Assembly: GCA_030603665.1 (NCBI GenBank)
Contig: JAUVXJ010000013.1
Span: 23,910-87,909, forward strand
Length of the DNA stretch: 64,000 nucleotides
From: Chloroflexota bacterium
GTDB taxonomy: Bacteria; Chloroflexota; Anaerolineae; UBA7937; B3-Chlor
Direction of reading: 5' to 3'
The notes below the pieces were generated by a model. That model was not told the origin of the DNA and searched no databases. It worked only from the letters and a program-made list of their open reading frames with translations. The translations under genes and the position numbers were made by a program. Each line of letters opens with the position of its first letter. Positions within the stretch are counted from its first letter, which is position 1. Below are positions 36,267 to 46,588 of this stretch, piece by piece.

Positions 36267-37514
36267 CTACTCCGCCTCCTTTTCCCAGGGGTGCGGTGTC
36301 GGTTGGTCATGCCGCGGCGAGGGACGCCTGCGCCCAATGATCAAGAAAGCCACCGTGCCCACCGCGGCCAGGCCCAGGGTCAGGTACCAGACTCCCACGG
36401 GGGCCACGTTGTCATATACGTATCCGCTGGCGATGGGGCCGATTCCCCAGGCGATGCTGCCCACTATGCCATATACCGCCATGTATCTGCCGCGCATGTC
36501 GATAGGCGCCATCCTGGCCACGAAGGACACGGAGGTGGGAGCCCAGATCAGCTCTCCGACGGTAAGAACGATCATGGCGAGAAGGAACCACCATATGTTG
36601 TATGAAAGGGCCACGGCAAACGCAGCCATCCCTGTCCACAAGGCACCGGCGGCCATCACGTAGGCCTCCGCGTACTTCTCCGTCCTCCTGGTCACTGCAA
36701 ACTGGAAGAAGACCACCATCAGAGCATTGACGGTCATGATCAGGCCAAAACCGCTCTCCGGGATGGCAAACCCCTCCTTCATGTACACTGGGAGAAGCTG
36801 CATGAACGGCTCGTACGCCATCCACAGCAGGATGGAGGCCAGACAGAAGGCTACGAAGTAGTAGTCGCGCAGGATGTACCCATAACCGCCTCCCGGCCGC
36901 TCCACCTTCTCCACCTCAGAAAGCTCTGGCTTGGTCTCCCTGACCAGGAAGACAACCAACAGCAGCGCGATGCTGGCGGCAACTGCCGCAGCGCTGAAGG
37001 TCAAAAAATAGGAAGCAGCGGCCAGAAAGCCGCCCACGGCGGGACCTATGGCGATGCCAGCGTTCGACACCATCCTCAAGAGGGCGTATGCCCCAGCGCG
37101 CTTCTCCTCATCTATCAGATCGGCGATCATGGCGTCCGATCCTATGCGGGAAGCAGGTTCGATGAGTCCGCTCATGGCGATCAGAACAGCATACGCCTGC
37201 AGCGAACCCAGCAGTGCGAAGCCCATCATGATCACGACCTCGTTCGCCAGCCCGGCGACCATGGCCGTCTTCCGCCCGTACTTGTCCACGACGGGGCCCC
37301 ACAACACCTGAGAGAACAGGCCCACCCCCGCATTGAGGGCGAAGAGAACCCCTATTGTAGTCAGAGGGATCTCCAGCCTCTGCCGGAGGTACACCGTGAG
37401 AAAAGGCCATACCAGGCTACCCCCGGTGGCCCCGATGAACCTGGCCACGAACAGGATCCAGAACTGGAGAGGGTATTCGGCTATGGTGTTTCTGATCCTT
37501 GAAATCATCCCCAC
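36267..37514 (-). CDS. MFS transporter (candidate substrate permease of the MtmB-like system)
   Basis: It has 12 predicted TM helices and the MFS motif GPVVDKYGRK. It lies directly downstream of the mtmB-like gene. Confidence 0.7.
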   Translation of the reverse strand: MGMISRIRNTIAEYPLQFWILFVARFIGATGGSLVWPFLTVYLRQRLEIPLTTIGVLFALNAGVGLFSQVLWGPVVDKYGRKTAMVAGLANEVVIMMGFALLGSLQAYAVLIAMSGLIEPASRIGSDAMIADLIDEEKRAGAYALLRMVSNAGIAIGPAVGGFLAAASYFLTFSAAAVAASIALLLVVFLVRETKPELSEVEKVERPGGGYGYILRDYYFVAFCLASILLWMAYEPFMQLLPVYMKEGFAIPESGFGLIMTVNALMVVFFQFAVTRRTEKYAEAYVMAAGALWTGMAAFAVALSYNIWWFLLAMIVLTVGELIWAPTSVSFVARMAPIDMRGRYMAVYGIVGSIAWGIGPIASGYVYDNVAPVGVWYLTLGLAAVGTVAFLIIGRRRPSPRHDQPTPHPWEKEAE

Positions 37515-37761
37515 AACCTATGAGGTCGGAGCCGCATCACTGGAACGTAGCTCCACCTCAGGCACGGACTTTGGACAATGAGTGCTATTGTACCACAATG
37601 ATCTGACAATGCCCCTTCAGGATTGCTCCAACGTCGCCGAGGCTGATGCGCGAGGTGCAGACACACAGAGAGATCATACGCGACAAAGGGGGTGCAGCGT
37701 TCAGACCTGCGGTCGCCGGGCACCTTGGTGGGACAGGGAGCTCGCTACGCGTGCTCCGTGG

Positions 37762-39147
37762 TCAATAGGGGAACTGGAGGCCCAGAGTTGCTAGCTGTTC
37801 CTTGACTCGCCGGTAGAGGCCGAGATAATCCTCACTCGGCAGAGATGTCCGCACATCGTAGCACTCCCGGAACTCACTGCCCAGAGGTGCATCGGCGATC
37901 TGCTCTTCGTACCTGTCCAGGATCTTCGAGACGAGATCGTTGGCCTCCTTGCGACTGAGCCGCATATTGGCGACGGCGTGTCCCGTTTCAGCAGCCATGC
38001 GCGCCTCCATGGGGGTGGCCCGATTCTTGTGTTTGTTGCGCGCTGGCGCCGCCTCCCAGAGATTAGCGCCGGACACAGTGCTGGTCAGCGCGTGAGCTGC
38101 CGCTTCGTAGAGCACCATCTCCGTTGCCGGGCCTGCGTTGAGGAAGCCATTGGACACAGAGATGATCTTGCTGTTTCTGGCAACGGCCTGATGGCTGGCG
38201 CTGGCCACCCACAGCAGTTCCCTGCTCGTTCCGGACGTGTAGTGGATGTGGAAGGGGAAGTTCATCTGGTAGTGCGCCTGATGGACCAGCAGACCCATGA
38301 GATGATAGGCCACCTGAAGCACGGCCGTCCCCTCAGCCCGGCCCGCGTATCCACCAAAGATCGGTCCTGTCAGGCTCCCGGTGAAACAGCCGAACTGCTG
38401 ATAGTGAGCAGCCTTATTGAGCAGCGCGTTGTCGATCTTCAGCTCGGTCAGTCCTCCAACGAGGCGGCTGTCCGAAGTCCGCACCCCCCAATCGGAACTG
38501 CTGATCGATATCTGCCCCACGTCCGACTCGGCGGTCCCCGCGGCGACCAGGAAGATGCCCGGGCGCCCCACCAGCTTGGCCGCCTCACGCAGACTCATAG
38601 CATGTTCCATGCTCCCCGCCAGTTCGGTGGGCGTCTTGGCCTTGATCTTCAGACCCATGCTCTCCTCGAGAATGGGAGCGCAAAACCCGTCGGCCAGGGG
38701 TTCTCTCAAGTACGCCACGCACATGGGCAGGAACAGCTCCTCGTCGCAGGAGATGTCAGGACTGAAGATCACGAAGGGAGGGTCCTCGTCCTCCACGTCA
38801 CGGCATCTCAACAGGCAGGAATCCTTGCCCAAACCGACCGTGTACTGTCCGGGAATCAAGTATAGCGCTTCCCGCACCTCACTCTCATCGAAGGTGAGAA
38901 TGCGGTGGGTATCCACGCAGAGAACGCCCACCTCCAGGAAGAACTCCACCCCGGCTTGCCACACGGCGTCGGCCAACGCATCATCGCTGGGGATAGGAGT
39001 GGCAGGATCGTACTCTATGCCGTACTTCTTGATCACCTCCTGCATCTTGGGCATGAAGCGGTCCATGGTGAACGCCTCGTCCTCACAGAAGGGGCCCGTG
39101 CGAGCTCGCTCCAGGATCTCCCACATCTTATACGGTGGCGCTGGCAT
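37762..39147 (-). CDS. MtmB-superfamily (monomethylamine methyltransferase-like) protein lacking pyrrolysine
   Basis: It is 461 aa, the same size as MtmB. A GRPG motif lies near residue 210 where MtmB carries Pyl, with no in-frame TAG here. The C-terminal FRECYDVRT...LGLQF resembles the MtmB C-terminus as I recall it. The gene order corrinoid protein - this gene - permease mirrors mtmCBP. Confidence 0.5.
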   Translation of the reverse strand: MPAPPYKMWEILERARTGPFCEDEAFTMDRFMPKMQEVIKKYGIEYDPATPIPSDDALADAVWQAGVEFFLEVGVLCVDTHRILTFDESEVREALYLIPGQYTVGLGKDSCLLRCRDVEDEDPPFVIFSPDISCDEELFLPMCVAYLREPLADGFCAPILEESMGLKIKAKTPTELAGSMEHAMSLREAAKLVGRPGIFLVAAGTAESDVGQISISSSDWGVRTSDSRLVGGLTELKIDNALLNKAAHYQQFGCFTGSLTGPIFGGYAGRAEGTAVLQVAYHLMGLLVHQAHYQMNFPFHIHYTSGTSRELLWVASASHQAVARNSKIISVSNGFLNAGPATEMVLYEAAAHALTSTVSGANLWEAAPARNKHKNRATPMEARMAAETGHAVANMRLSRKEANDLVSKILDRYEEQIADAPLGSEFRECYDVRTSLPSEDYLGLYRRVKEQLATLGLQFPY

Positions 39148-39793
39148 CCCCTCTCCTCAACTCCATCACCTTGCCCAAGACTGCCACGGCTTGCATGGCA
39201 TTCTCCGCCCACGAATCGGCGCCGATCTCCTCCGCCCAGGCATCCGTCACGGGCGTGCCTCCTACCATGACGATGAAGCGCTCGCGCAGCCCCATGTCCT
39301 TCAACAACTCGACTATCTCCTGCTGGCCGGGCATCGTCGTGGTCATCAATGCCGAGGCGCCGATGACGTCAGCGTCAACCTCCTGTGCCTTCTTGATGAA
39401 ATCGAGGGCGTTGACGTCGGGCCCCATATCGTGAACAGTGTAGCCGTTCACCTCGAGAAGCAGAGCCACGATGCTCTTGCCGATCTCATGGATGTCTCCT
39501 TCCACCGTGCCGATGACCACTGTGCCTTTCGGGGGCCGCTTCTCCTTCAGTAGCTCCAGGTGGGGAGCTACTGGCTCCAGGGCCTTCTGCATGGCCTGGG
39601 CCGCCAGCATCATCTCCGGCAGGAAGACCTCCATGCGCTCGAAACGGTCCCCCACCTCCCGGATGGCATCGGTCAAGGCATCCACCACTGCCAGAGGATC
39701 CATCTTGTCCGCCATAGCCTGTTGGGCCAGGGCCAGGGCATCCTCGTCTTCACCGTCTTCCACAGCCTGCACCAGACTCTCCAGCAAATCCAT
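39128..39793 (-). CDS. Corrinoid (B12)-binding protein, translationally coupled to the MtmB-like gene (20-bp overlap)
   Basis: The B12-binding motif is GTVEGDIHEIGKS (DxHxxG) and it is 221 aa. Its stop at 39128 lies inside the start region of the next gene. Confidence 0.7.
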   Translation of the reverse strand: MDLLESLVQAVEDGEDEDALALAQQAMADKMDPLAVVDALTDAIREVGDRFERMEVFLPEMMLAAQAMQKALEPVAPHLELLKEKRPPKGTVVIGTVEGDIHEIGKSIVALLLEVNGYTVHDMGPDVNALDFIKKAQEVDADVIGASALMTTTMPGQQEIVELLKDMGLRERFIVMVGGTPVTDAWAEEIGADSWAENAMQAVAVLGKVMELRRGDASATV

Positions 39794-39987
39794 CGAACCA
39801 CGCCTCCTCGCTCGTATTGCTGGTCACATTATAGGCGAATGGGAGCCCGCCAGCAATGGTCGCAGAGCCAGCGCGATCTCCCCTGGGGGCAGCGCCGCGC
39901 AATCCCCCCAGAGGATGTCGCCCTTGTAAGGGCATGGCCGGGATGGTATGATCCCTGCGAGAAAACCGCAGGGCAGGGAAGGCAGCA

Positions 39988-40863
39988 ATGGGATTCTTGG
40001 ACAGGCTCGCTACCGGTGAGACGCTCCTGGCCGACGGCGCCATGGGTACCATGCTACAGGCCGCTGGGCTGGAGAAGGGACATGCCCCCGAGGAGATGAA
40101 CCTCACTCAGCCCGACAAAGTCCTGGCCGTTCACAAGGGATACGTCGATGCTGGCTCCGAGCTCATCCTCACCAACACCTTCGGCGCCAACCGCTTCAGG
40201 CTGGAGAAGTACGGTCTGGCGGACAGAATCTATGAGCTCAGCCGTCGCGCTTCGGAAATCGCCCGAAAGGCAGGTGCCTCCTTCGTCGCTGGCTCCATTG
40301 GCCCCACTGGGGAGTTCCTCGCCCCTCTGGGCACTCTCAGTCCGGAGGACGCCAGAGACACCTTCGGTGAGCAGGCAAGAGGGTTGGCCGCCGGCGGTGC
40401 GGACCTTTTGGTCATCGAGACCATGTCCGATCTCCAAGAGGTGGAAGCGGCGGTCCAGGCCGCGCGCGAGAACACCAATCTGCCCCTCCTCTGCACCATG
40501 ACCTTTCAGCAGAAGCTGCACACGGTGATGGGGGTCACCCCCAAGGAGGCCGCAGAGAGGCTCAGCGGCTGGGGCGTAGCCGCCATGGGAGCCAATTGCG
40601 GCACAGGTCCCCAGGAGGTAGAGCAGGTGTTGGCACAGATGAAGGAGGCCGTCCCCGACGCCGCGCTGGTGGCCAAGCCTAACGCGGGGGTCCCGCGCCT
40701 GGTTGAAGGGCGCACGGAGTACGACGCGACGCCCGAACTCATGGCCGACCACGCCCTTCGCTTCGCGCAAGCGGGAGTGACCATCATCGGCGCCTGCTGC
40801 GGTTCCACACCCGAGCACATCTCAGCCATGGCGCAGGCGCTGGGCAAGTCCGCAAGCGCATGA
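39988..40863 (+). CDS. Homocysteine S-methyltransferase domain protein (MetH N-domain / BHMT-like)
   Basis: The motifs are LADGAMGTML, TNTF and the zinc motif GACCGSTPEHI. Confidence 0.75.
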   Translation: MGFLDRLATGETLLADGAMGTMLQAAGLEKGHAPEEMNLTQPDKVLAVHKGYVDAGSELILTNTFGANRFRLEKYGLADRIYELSRRASEIARKAGASFVAGSIGPTGEFLAPLGTLSPEDARDTFGEQARGLAAGGADLLVIETMSDLQEVEAAVQAARENTNLPLLCTMTFQQKLHTVMGVTPKEAAERLSGWGVAAMGANCGTGPQEVEQVLAQMKEAVPDAALVAKPNAGVPRLVEGRTEYDATPELMADHALRFAQAGVTIIGACCGSTPEHISAMAQALGKSASA

Positions 40864-40927
40864 GGGATGCCATCCCGCTGACCGGCGGGGTTTCAGCCTG
40901 CCCGTCCTCGGCGCTTCCGGCACATCA

Positions 40928-41809
40928 CTACACGTCTGCGCTGAATGGGAGTTGTGAGACGACACCAGCTTGCACGATGACGCTCCCGTTGATGTCCCCG
41001 AAGCGGCCAAGACCAAGACTGGCGGTGTAGGTGTACTCACCAGGTGGCAACTCGATGCGGCGATTGGAGTTGGCCTCCACCGTGTACATCTGACCCGAGA
41101 TGGTGAAGGTCATGCTGGTGCCGCAGTAGTTCTGCACCTCCACCCACCCCACCGCTGGCCCGGGCTCCGCTGTCGGGCTGAAGGTAGCGGTCGGCTCTGG
41201 TCGGGATGTGGGTGTACTGGTAGGCGCTGGAGCAACGGTCTGAGTTGGCGCTGGCGGCTGAGTCGCAGTCTGCGTCGGCGCCTGAGTCGCGGTCGGCGTT
41301 GGTGCCTCTCGGACCTCGCAGCTGTCCTGAAGCACCACCCGATCACCAACCTTGACAACTAGCTCGTAGATGCCGGGCTCAAGGGGCTTCCCCTCCTTGC
41401 CGAAGATCCACTGCCACTGATTGCCCGACTCGTACTCCAAGGTTCCGTACTCTCCGTAGAAATGAGAGCCATCGTGGTAGAAGTCCCACCGGAAGCGCTC
41501 TCCCCCTTCCACATCTTCGTACGGCCAGTAAGCGTACAGTCTGGCAATGCCGTGGTCGAAGGCCATCCCCACATCCACTGGCTCTTGCTCTTGGTCGTCG
41601 AAATCGCTGCTGAAGGTCACTGGCCCGAAGGACGGCGTGCGCACAGGGCTGGGCGTGACGACGGTCGTAGGCTCGGGGTCCGCCGGCAGCGTCGCCCTGG
41701 CCGGTTCCACCGTCGGGGACGCCGCCCCTCCATCACAGGCCATCAGCCCGAGCAACATCGAGGCGGTCAAGATCAGCAACAGCGTTCTGCCCCCGCTCCA
41801 CATCAGCAA
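40928..41809 (-). CDS. Lipoprotein with a PT-rich linker, function unknown
   Basis: A lipobox-like LGLMAC follows the signal peptide. It is flanked by two beta-rich domains. Confidence 0.5.
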   Translation of the reverse strand: MLMWSGGRTLLLILTASMLLGLMACDGGAASPTVEPARATLPADPEPTTVVTPSPVRTPSFGPVTFSSDFDDQEQEPVDVGMAFDHGIARLYAYWPYEDVEGGERFRWDFYHDGSHFYGEYGTLEYESGNQWQWIFGKEGKPLEPGIYELVVKVGDRVVLQDSCEVREAPTPTATQAPTQTATQPPAPTQTVAPAPTSTPTSRPEPTATFSPTAEPGPAVGWVEVQNYCGTSMTFTISGQMYTVEANSNRRIELPPGEYTYTASLGLGRFGDINGSVIVQAGVVSQLPFSADV

Positions 41810-42074
41810 GTCTCCTTCCTATGCCCGGCACTCAACGCGTGCGCCGGTGAAGTCACCGTACGCCCATGCATGCGCAATTCTCTCACGTCTAGCTGGATTT
41901 GTCAAGCCTCGCCCGATGGTTCGCGGACTAGCCGGCCCGTGACTCCCTGTGCCTGACCATTGGGTCACACAGCAGTCCACCACGCCATGACCCGCAGTCC
42001 AAGTTGCATACTCTTGGCCGAACGGCGTAGAATAGCTATAGTGAGACCACTCCACCCGTGAGATCCCTGGCTGG

Positions 42075-42851
42075 GTGCAGCAGATGGACATTCAATGGAC
42101 GCCGGTCATCATCGGCTTCGCAACAGGCGCCCTCAGCGGCGCTCTGGTCACGTACTTCCGGCACTGGCTCGCCCAGCGTAGAGAAGCGGAGAGTCGCGAG
42201 TTCGCCAAGGGACAGGAGCGGGAGCGCATCAGGCGCGAGCACTACGCCCGCACACTGGCTTACGCCAACACCAAAGAGAGCCTGCGGGGCTGTGACCTGG
42301 CTGAGCAGGACCTGGCCGGAGTATACCTCGCCAAAGCAGACCTCCAACGCGCGACTCTCAGCGCCGCAGACCTCTCCAACTCGAACCTGGAGGAGGCCAA
42401 CCTCATCGGCGCAGACCTCAGGGGGGCAAACCTGACAGGAGCCAACCTGACGAAGACGGCGCTGGAAGGGGCCAACCTGGAGGGCGCAACCATTCGGTCC
42501 GCGGTACTCACGTACACCAACTTGGCCGGGGCCAGCCTACGACGAACCGATCTGCGCGATGCGGTGCTCGAAGATACAAACCTGGAATGGGCCGATCTCC
42601 GAGAGGCCCAGCTCCAGGGGGCGGAGCTCAAGAAAGCTAACATGAAGGCCGCGAGTCTGGAAAGGGCCAACCTCGAAGGGGCCAACCTCAAAGGGGCCCG
42701 CCTGGTAGAGGCCAGACTGGAGGGCGCGAACCTCCTGGGCGCCGACCTCAAGAAGGCGGAACTGGCAGGTGCCCATCTCAAAGGCGCGAAGCTGGATTCC
42801 ACCTCCATCATGCCTAAGGACTGGGAGACCGCCGTAGCCAGCAAGCCATGA
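42075..42851 (+). CDS. Pentapeptide-repeat protein with an N-terminal TM anchor
   Basis: The pentapeptide repeat A(N/D)L.GA.L runs for about 35 consecutive repeats. Confidence 0.8.
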   Translation: MQQMDIQWTPVIIGFATGALSGALVTYFRHWLAQRREAESREFAKGQERERIRREHYARTLAYANTKESLRGCDLAEQDLAGVYLAKADLQRATLSAADLSNSNLEEANLIGADLRGANLTGANLTKTALEGANLEGATIRSAVLTYTNLAGASLRRTDLRDAVLEDTNLEWADLREAQLQGAELKKANMKAASLERANLEGANLKGARLVEARLEGANLLGADLKKAELAGAHLKGAKLDSTSIMPKDWETAVASKP

Positions 42852-43270
42852 GGGGAGAACTGCCTTGACTCCAGGACCCTGCTGCGAGCGCTCAGCGCTC
42901 CTCCTGGCATCATTCGCACGCTGCTCCAAAGGGTCGCGGACTGGCCCATCCAAGCTGCATACCCGTACCAGGACGCTCAGCCGGCTTTGCCTACCTATAT
43001 CGCCAGTGCCACACCTGCTGCATTTGCAGCGTAGCTTTGATTGTGCTATATTGAACTAGGATGTCGGTAGGGTCCATGGCCCTGCCATCCAGCGTAGTCG
43101 GAAGAAAACGTCGAGCACATCGCCGCCAGCGCACGGGCAGTCGGTTCCGGGACCAGGCGAGAGGAAGACTAATCAAGCCGTGGCGAGCACCCTCCCGCCC
43201 CGCCCGTGCCCGTGCATTGATGAGGGAGTATGTACTCCGCAGGCAAGAGACGGAAAGGAGAACGAGAACA

Positions 43271-43417
43271 ATGGAAGGCTACTGCGTCAAGGAGAAGATG
43301 AAGCGGGAGATAGTCGATCCTAAGGAAGTCGTGCTCAAGAACGGGCGCCATGCCGTTCAAGGGACCTGTGCGGTCTGCGGCACGAAGATGACGAGATTCG
43401 TCAAGAAGAGTTCCTGA
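43271..43417 (+). CDS. Small zinc-ribbon protein (DUF5679-like)
   Basis: The sequence MEGYCVKEKMKREIVDPKEVVLKNGRHAVQGTCAVCGTKMTRFVKKSS carries CxxC...CxxC. It has a strong RBS, ggaaaggag. Confidence 0.5.
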   Translation: MEGYCVKEKMKREIVDPKEVVLKNGRHAVQGTCAVCGTKMTRFVKKSS

Positions 43418-43695
43418 GCCACCAAGACCAGGAGTGTTTCCGTCGGGTACTGCGGTCGGCTGAGGCGACGGGCCGGGTCAAAGGTCCATACAGCACAGCG
43501 TCGGCAGCATCTGGCGGAAACTTCCTGCGGCAAACCCAGTCCCTTCGGGATGCACGTCGCCTAGGCCTTCCCCGTCAAAGACGCCGAGCAACTGGCCTCT
43601 TTGCTGCGACCCCAGCTCACCTCGTGGACGCCGAGCCAGGCCTCCTGTTCGTACAACCAACTAGCACTAGAGATTGAAAGAGGCGATCACCAGGC

Positions 43696-44514
43696 ATGGA
43701 GCCCGCAGCCACCACGATTCGCCTCGGTGTTCAGGGGTTCAGCCCCAAGGACTGGAAAGGCACTTTCTACCCGCCCCGCTTCCCCGCGAACCAGTTCCTA
43801 CCGTTCTACGCTCGCGTCTTCGGCTCCGTGGAGATAAACAGCACCTTCTACGCCATACCCTCTACTTCCACCGTCCGGTCATGGGCCCAGCGAACGCCGC
43901 CGAACTTCGTTTTCGCCTGCAAGATGCCACAAGAGATCACCCATGACCAGCGCCTCAAGGGGCCGGCAGACCGGCTCGCCATCTTCCTGGACCAGATGGG
44001 GAATCTGGGGGAGAAGCTGGGACCGGTGGTCATCCAGTTCCCAGGCTCCTTCACCAGGCGCTTCGAGGAAAACCTACGTGACTTCCTCCCCCTGCTGCCC
44101 GAGGACGTGCGCTTCGTCACCGAGTTCCGCTCCCCATCCTGGAACGACGACGAGGTATTCGATCTCTTGCGGGAGTTCAACGTTGCCTGGTGTATCAATC
44201 ACTGGCAGGACCTGCCACCCGTGGTGGAGACAACCACGGACCTTGCCTACCTGCGCCTGGTTGGCTACCACAGGGAGTTCAAATACCTGGGGGAGGTGCA
44301 GAGGGACAGGTCAGAGGACTTGGCCATGTGGGCCAGCACGATCAAGGATCTGGCGATCCGGGTCCCGCGCGTCTACGTCTTTGTCAACAACCACTACGCG
44401 GGCCACGCCCCGGCCACAGTGAATCGACTGGCTGAGTTGCTGGACCTGCCCACCGTCGATCCCCACAGCCTGTGGCCTGACCAGACCACCATGTTCAAGG
44501 ACGAGGAGGGGTAA
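43696..44514 (+). CDS. DUF72 (UPF0759) family protein
   Basis: It has the N-terminal motif IRLGVQGFSPKDWKGTFYP and the family-typical NSTFY. Confidence 0.75.
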   Translation: MEPAATTIRLGVQGFSPKDWKGTFYPPRFPANQFLPFYARVFGSVEINSTFYAIPSTSTVRSWAQRTPPNFVFACKMPQEITHDQRLKGPADRLAIFLDQMGNLGEKLGPVVIQFPGSFTRRFEENLRDFLPLLPEDVRFVTEFRSPSWNDDEVFDLLREFNVAWCINHWQDLPPVVETTTDLAYLRLVGYHREFKYLGEVQRDRSEDLAMWASTIKDLAIRVPRVYVFVNNHYAGHAPATVNRLAELLDLPTVDPHSLWPDQTTMFKDEEG

Positions 44515-44554
44515 GCCTCTCGCCTCTCAGTTTGGATAGCCCGTCGGATCTCCT

Positions 44555-44902
44555 CTACTCTTGGTATGGGTTAAACTGGGATTCAGGCCAGTCCCCCATC
44601 AGTCGGGTGGGGCCGAACTCCAGAATGTCGGAGACCTCCCTGAAGGCAGCGTGCTTTTCTGGGGTGGAGGTCAGATCCTCATCCAGCCGGTCGTAGGTGC
44701 CGTAGCCTTCGATCTCTCTCCAGATCTCAAGCTGATACTCCCCACCGAAGCCGAACTGCACGGCGTGGGCCCTCACAGACTTGGTGCCAGGCGCGACTCT
44801 GCCGCGTCTCCGCCCTTGTTGGGCTTGATCTTGATGCTGGTAACCTCGTAGATACGATACTTCTCCACGGCTCGGACCTCCTCCTGCAGACATCCATTGC
44901 AT
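44555..44902 (-). CDS. Hypothetical protein (start uncertain)
   Basis: It is an ORF with coding-like C-terminal two-thirds. The N-terminal roughly 40 aa are low complexity. Confidence 0.25.
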   Translation of the reverse strand: MQWMSAGGGPSRGEVSYLRGYQHQDQAQQGRRRGRVAPGTKSVRAHAVQFGFGGEYQLEIWREIEGYGTYDRLDEDLTSTPEKHAAFREVSDILEFGPTRLMGDWPESQFNPYQE

Positions 44903-45031
44903 GTTATGGAGGATTGTCGGGCCGCTTCAAGTGCCAGCGAGGTGCGCCGCAGTCATCACAACCAGGTTAGGCGAACCGCCCGACCTGCCTCTGCCACACA
45001 CACTACATCACCACGTCTTGACGCAGCAGGT

Positions 45032-45349
45032 TCACTTCTCGGCAAGCGAGGCGCCACAATACTCACAGAAAGCGTTGTCCGCCGGGTTGTCCGCCCCACA
45101 GGAACCACACGAGATCAGGTCAGGCACCGCCACCGCCTTGGGCTTCGCTTCAGCGGCGGGCTTGGGTTCCACCACAACTGCCGCCTTGGGTGGACTCGCC
45201 TTCTTGGGCTCGGCCTTGGGCTTCTTGCGCCCGAAAACCACCAGCAACACGATCACCGCGCCCACTCCCAGGACTATGGGGACGCAGCAGACCGCCAGAG
45301 GCACAATCATCTGGACCAAGCCCTCAACCATATCGAAATCCATCGCCAT
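45032..45349 (-). CDS. Small membrane protein with a C-terminal zinc ribbon
   Basis: It has a TM helix (MIVPLAVCCVPIVLGVGAVIVLLVVF), a Lys/Pro/Ala linker and CGSCGADN...CEYCG. Confidence 0.5.
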   Translation of the reverse strand: MAMDFDMVEGLVQMIVPLAVCCVPIVLGVGAVIVLLVVFGRKKPKAEPKKASPPKAAVVVEPKPAAEAKPKAVAVPDLISCGSCGADNPADNAFCEYCGASLAEK

Positions 45350-45394
45350 TCATCTCCTTTGCTGCTCGATGCGTCAATCTACAGGCGGCAGGGC

Positions 45395-46588
45395 CTATCG
45401 ATCTGCCAATGCTAGACCACAATAAGGACACGCCACCCAGTCAGGTTCGGTTGTCTTGCCGCACTGCGGACACTCAGCCGTCGTCCTGGTACCGCAGTAT
45501 GGGCAAGCCTGCCAGTCCTCCTCGATGGGCTTTCCACACTCTAGACAGGTGCCGGCAAGCGCCTCTTCCGCAGATGGTTCATCCTGCGCCGGTTCCTCGA
45601 CAGCTGGTTCCTCGACCTCTGGCTCCAGGGCCGGCTCTTCAGCCTCTCCCAGGCCATGACCGCACTTGCCACAAAACAGCACCCCTTGTCTCACAGACTC
45701 GCCGCAGTTGGAGCACTGATCTCCTACCGTCTCCTTAGCCTCCGCTTCCTCAGCGTCGAAGCTATGGCCGCACTTGCCGCAGAACTGGACACCAGATCTG
45801 AGGGGAGCACCGCATTCCGCACAGACCGCTGCCTCCTCCTCAGCCACCGCCGCTACTGCAACTTGCACCAGGGCCTTCTCCTCACTCGGTCTCTCATCCG
45901 CTGCTGCCGCAGCTGTGGCAGGTGTGTCCGTCTCCACTGCCTCGCGCCCTTCTGAGCCTCCACCTGGCGGAGTCTTGATCGCACGGCGCGTATCGTTCTC
46001 CATCAGCCACAGCTCACCTGCCGAGACAGGGATACGGCTGTCGTAAGCCTCCATCAGCTGGTCGTACAGTTCACGACCCTTTCCCCCTTGGAACTTGCCG
46101 CTCTCCGAATTCAACCACTCGAGGCCGGACAGTTCGTACTCGAAGGCTTCATCCTCCTTGCCGTCGGTGCGGGTGAGGACACCTGAGATCATGATCTGCC
46201 GACCTACGATGCCCTTCTTGAATCTGGGGCGGACCAGGCCCAAGGAGGCGTACTCTCTCTTCCTCACCGTGCCTTTCTGCCACGTACGACCTTCGGTGTC
46301 CACCGCGAACCAGTAGGAGCGACAGAGGTCGCTGAACACCGAGGCGGCCCTGTAGAAGACCACGCGGTACGGCGAGATACCCATGTACACCCCAAAGTCC
46401 TTGTTATTGCGCGTGGAGAACATCTCTGTGTCCACCTTGCCGATCCATCGCACACGCTCTCCGACAAAAGTAGCCACGGCTATCGGTTCCCCACTGCGCA
46501 GCCTGTCCCCGCGCTTATAGAATGGTGACGGAGCACCCATGGACCAGTTGTCCATCAGCTTCTTGAGTTCGGCGTGGCTTATGTCCAT
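45395..46588 (-). CDS. Protein with an N-terminal unknown domain and four C-terminal zinc-ribbon (CxxC-x-CxxC) repeats
   Basis: The motifs are CAECGAP...CGKCGH, CSNCGES...CGKCGH, CLECGKP...CPYCG and CPQCGKT...CPYCG. The start is taken at MDISHAEL. Confidence 0.5.
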   Translation of the reverse strand: MDISHAELKKLMDNWSMGAPSPFYKRGDRLRSGEPIAVATFVGERVRWIGKVDTEMFSTRNNKDFGVYMGISPYRVVFYRAASVFSDLCRSYWFAVDTEGRTWQKGTVRKREYASLGLVRPRFKKGIVGRQIMISGVLTRTDGKEDEAFEYELSGLEWLNSESGKFQGGKGRELYDQLMEAYDSRIPVSAGELWLMENDTRRAIKTPPGGGSEGREAVETDTPATAAAAADERPSEEKALVQVAVAAVAEEEAAVCAECGAPLRSGVQFCGKCGHSFDAEEAEAKETVGDQCSNCGESVRQGVLFCGKCGHGLGEAEEPALEPEVEEPAVEEPAQDEPSAEEALAGTCLECGKPIEEDWQACPYCGTRTTAECPQCGKTTEPDWVACPYCGLALADR

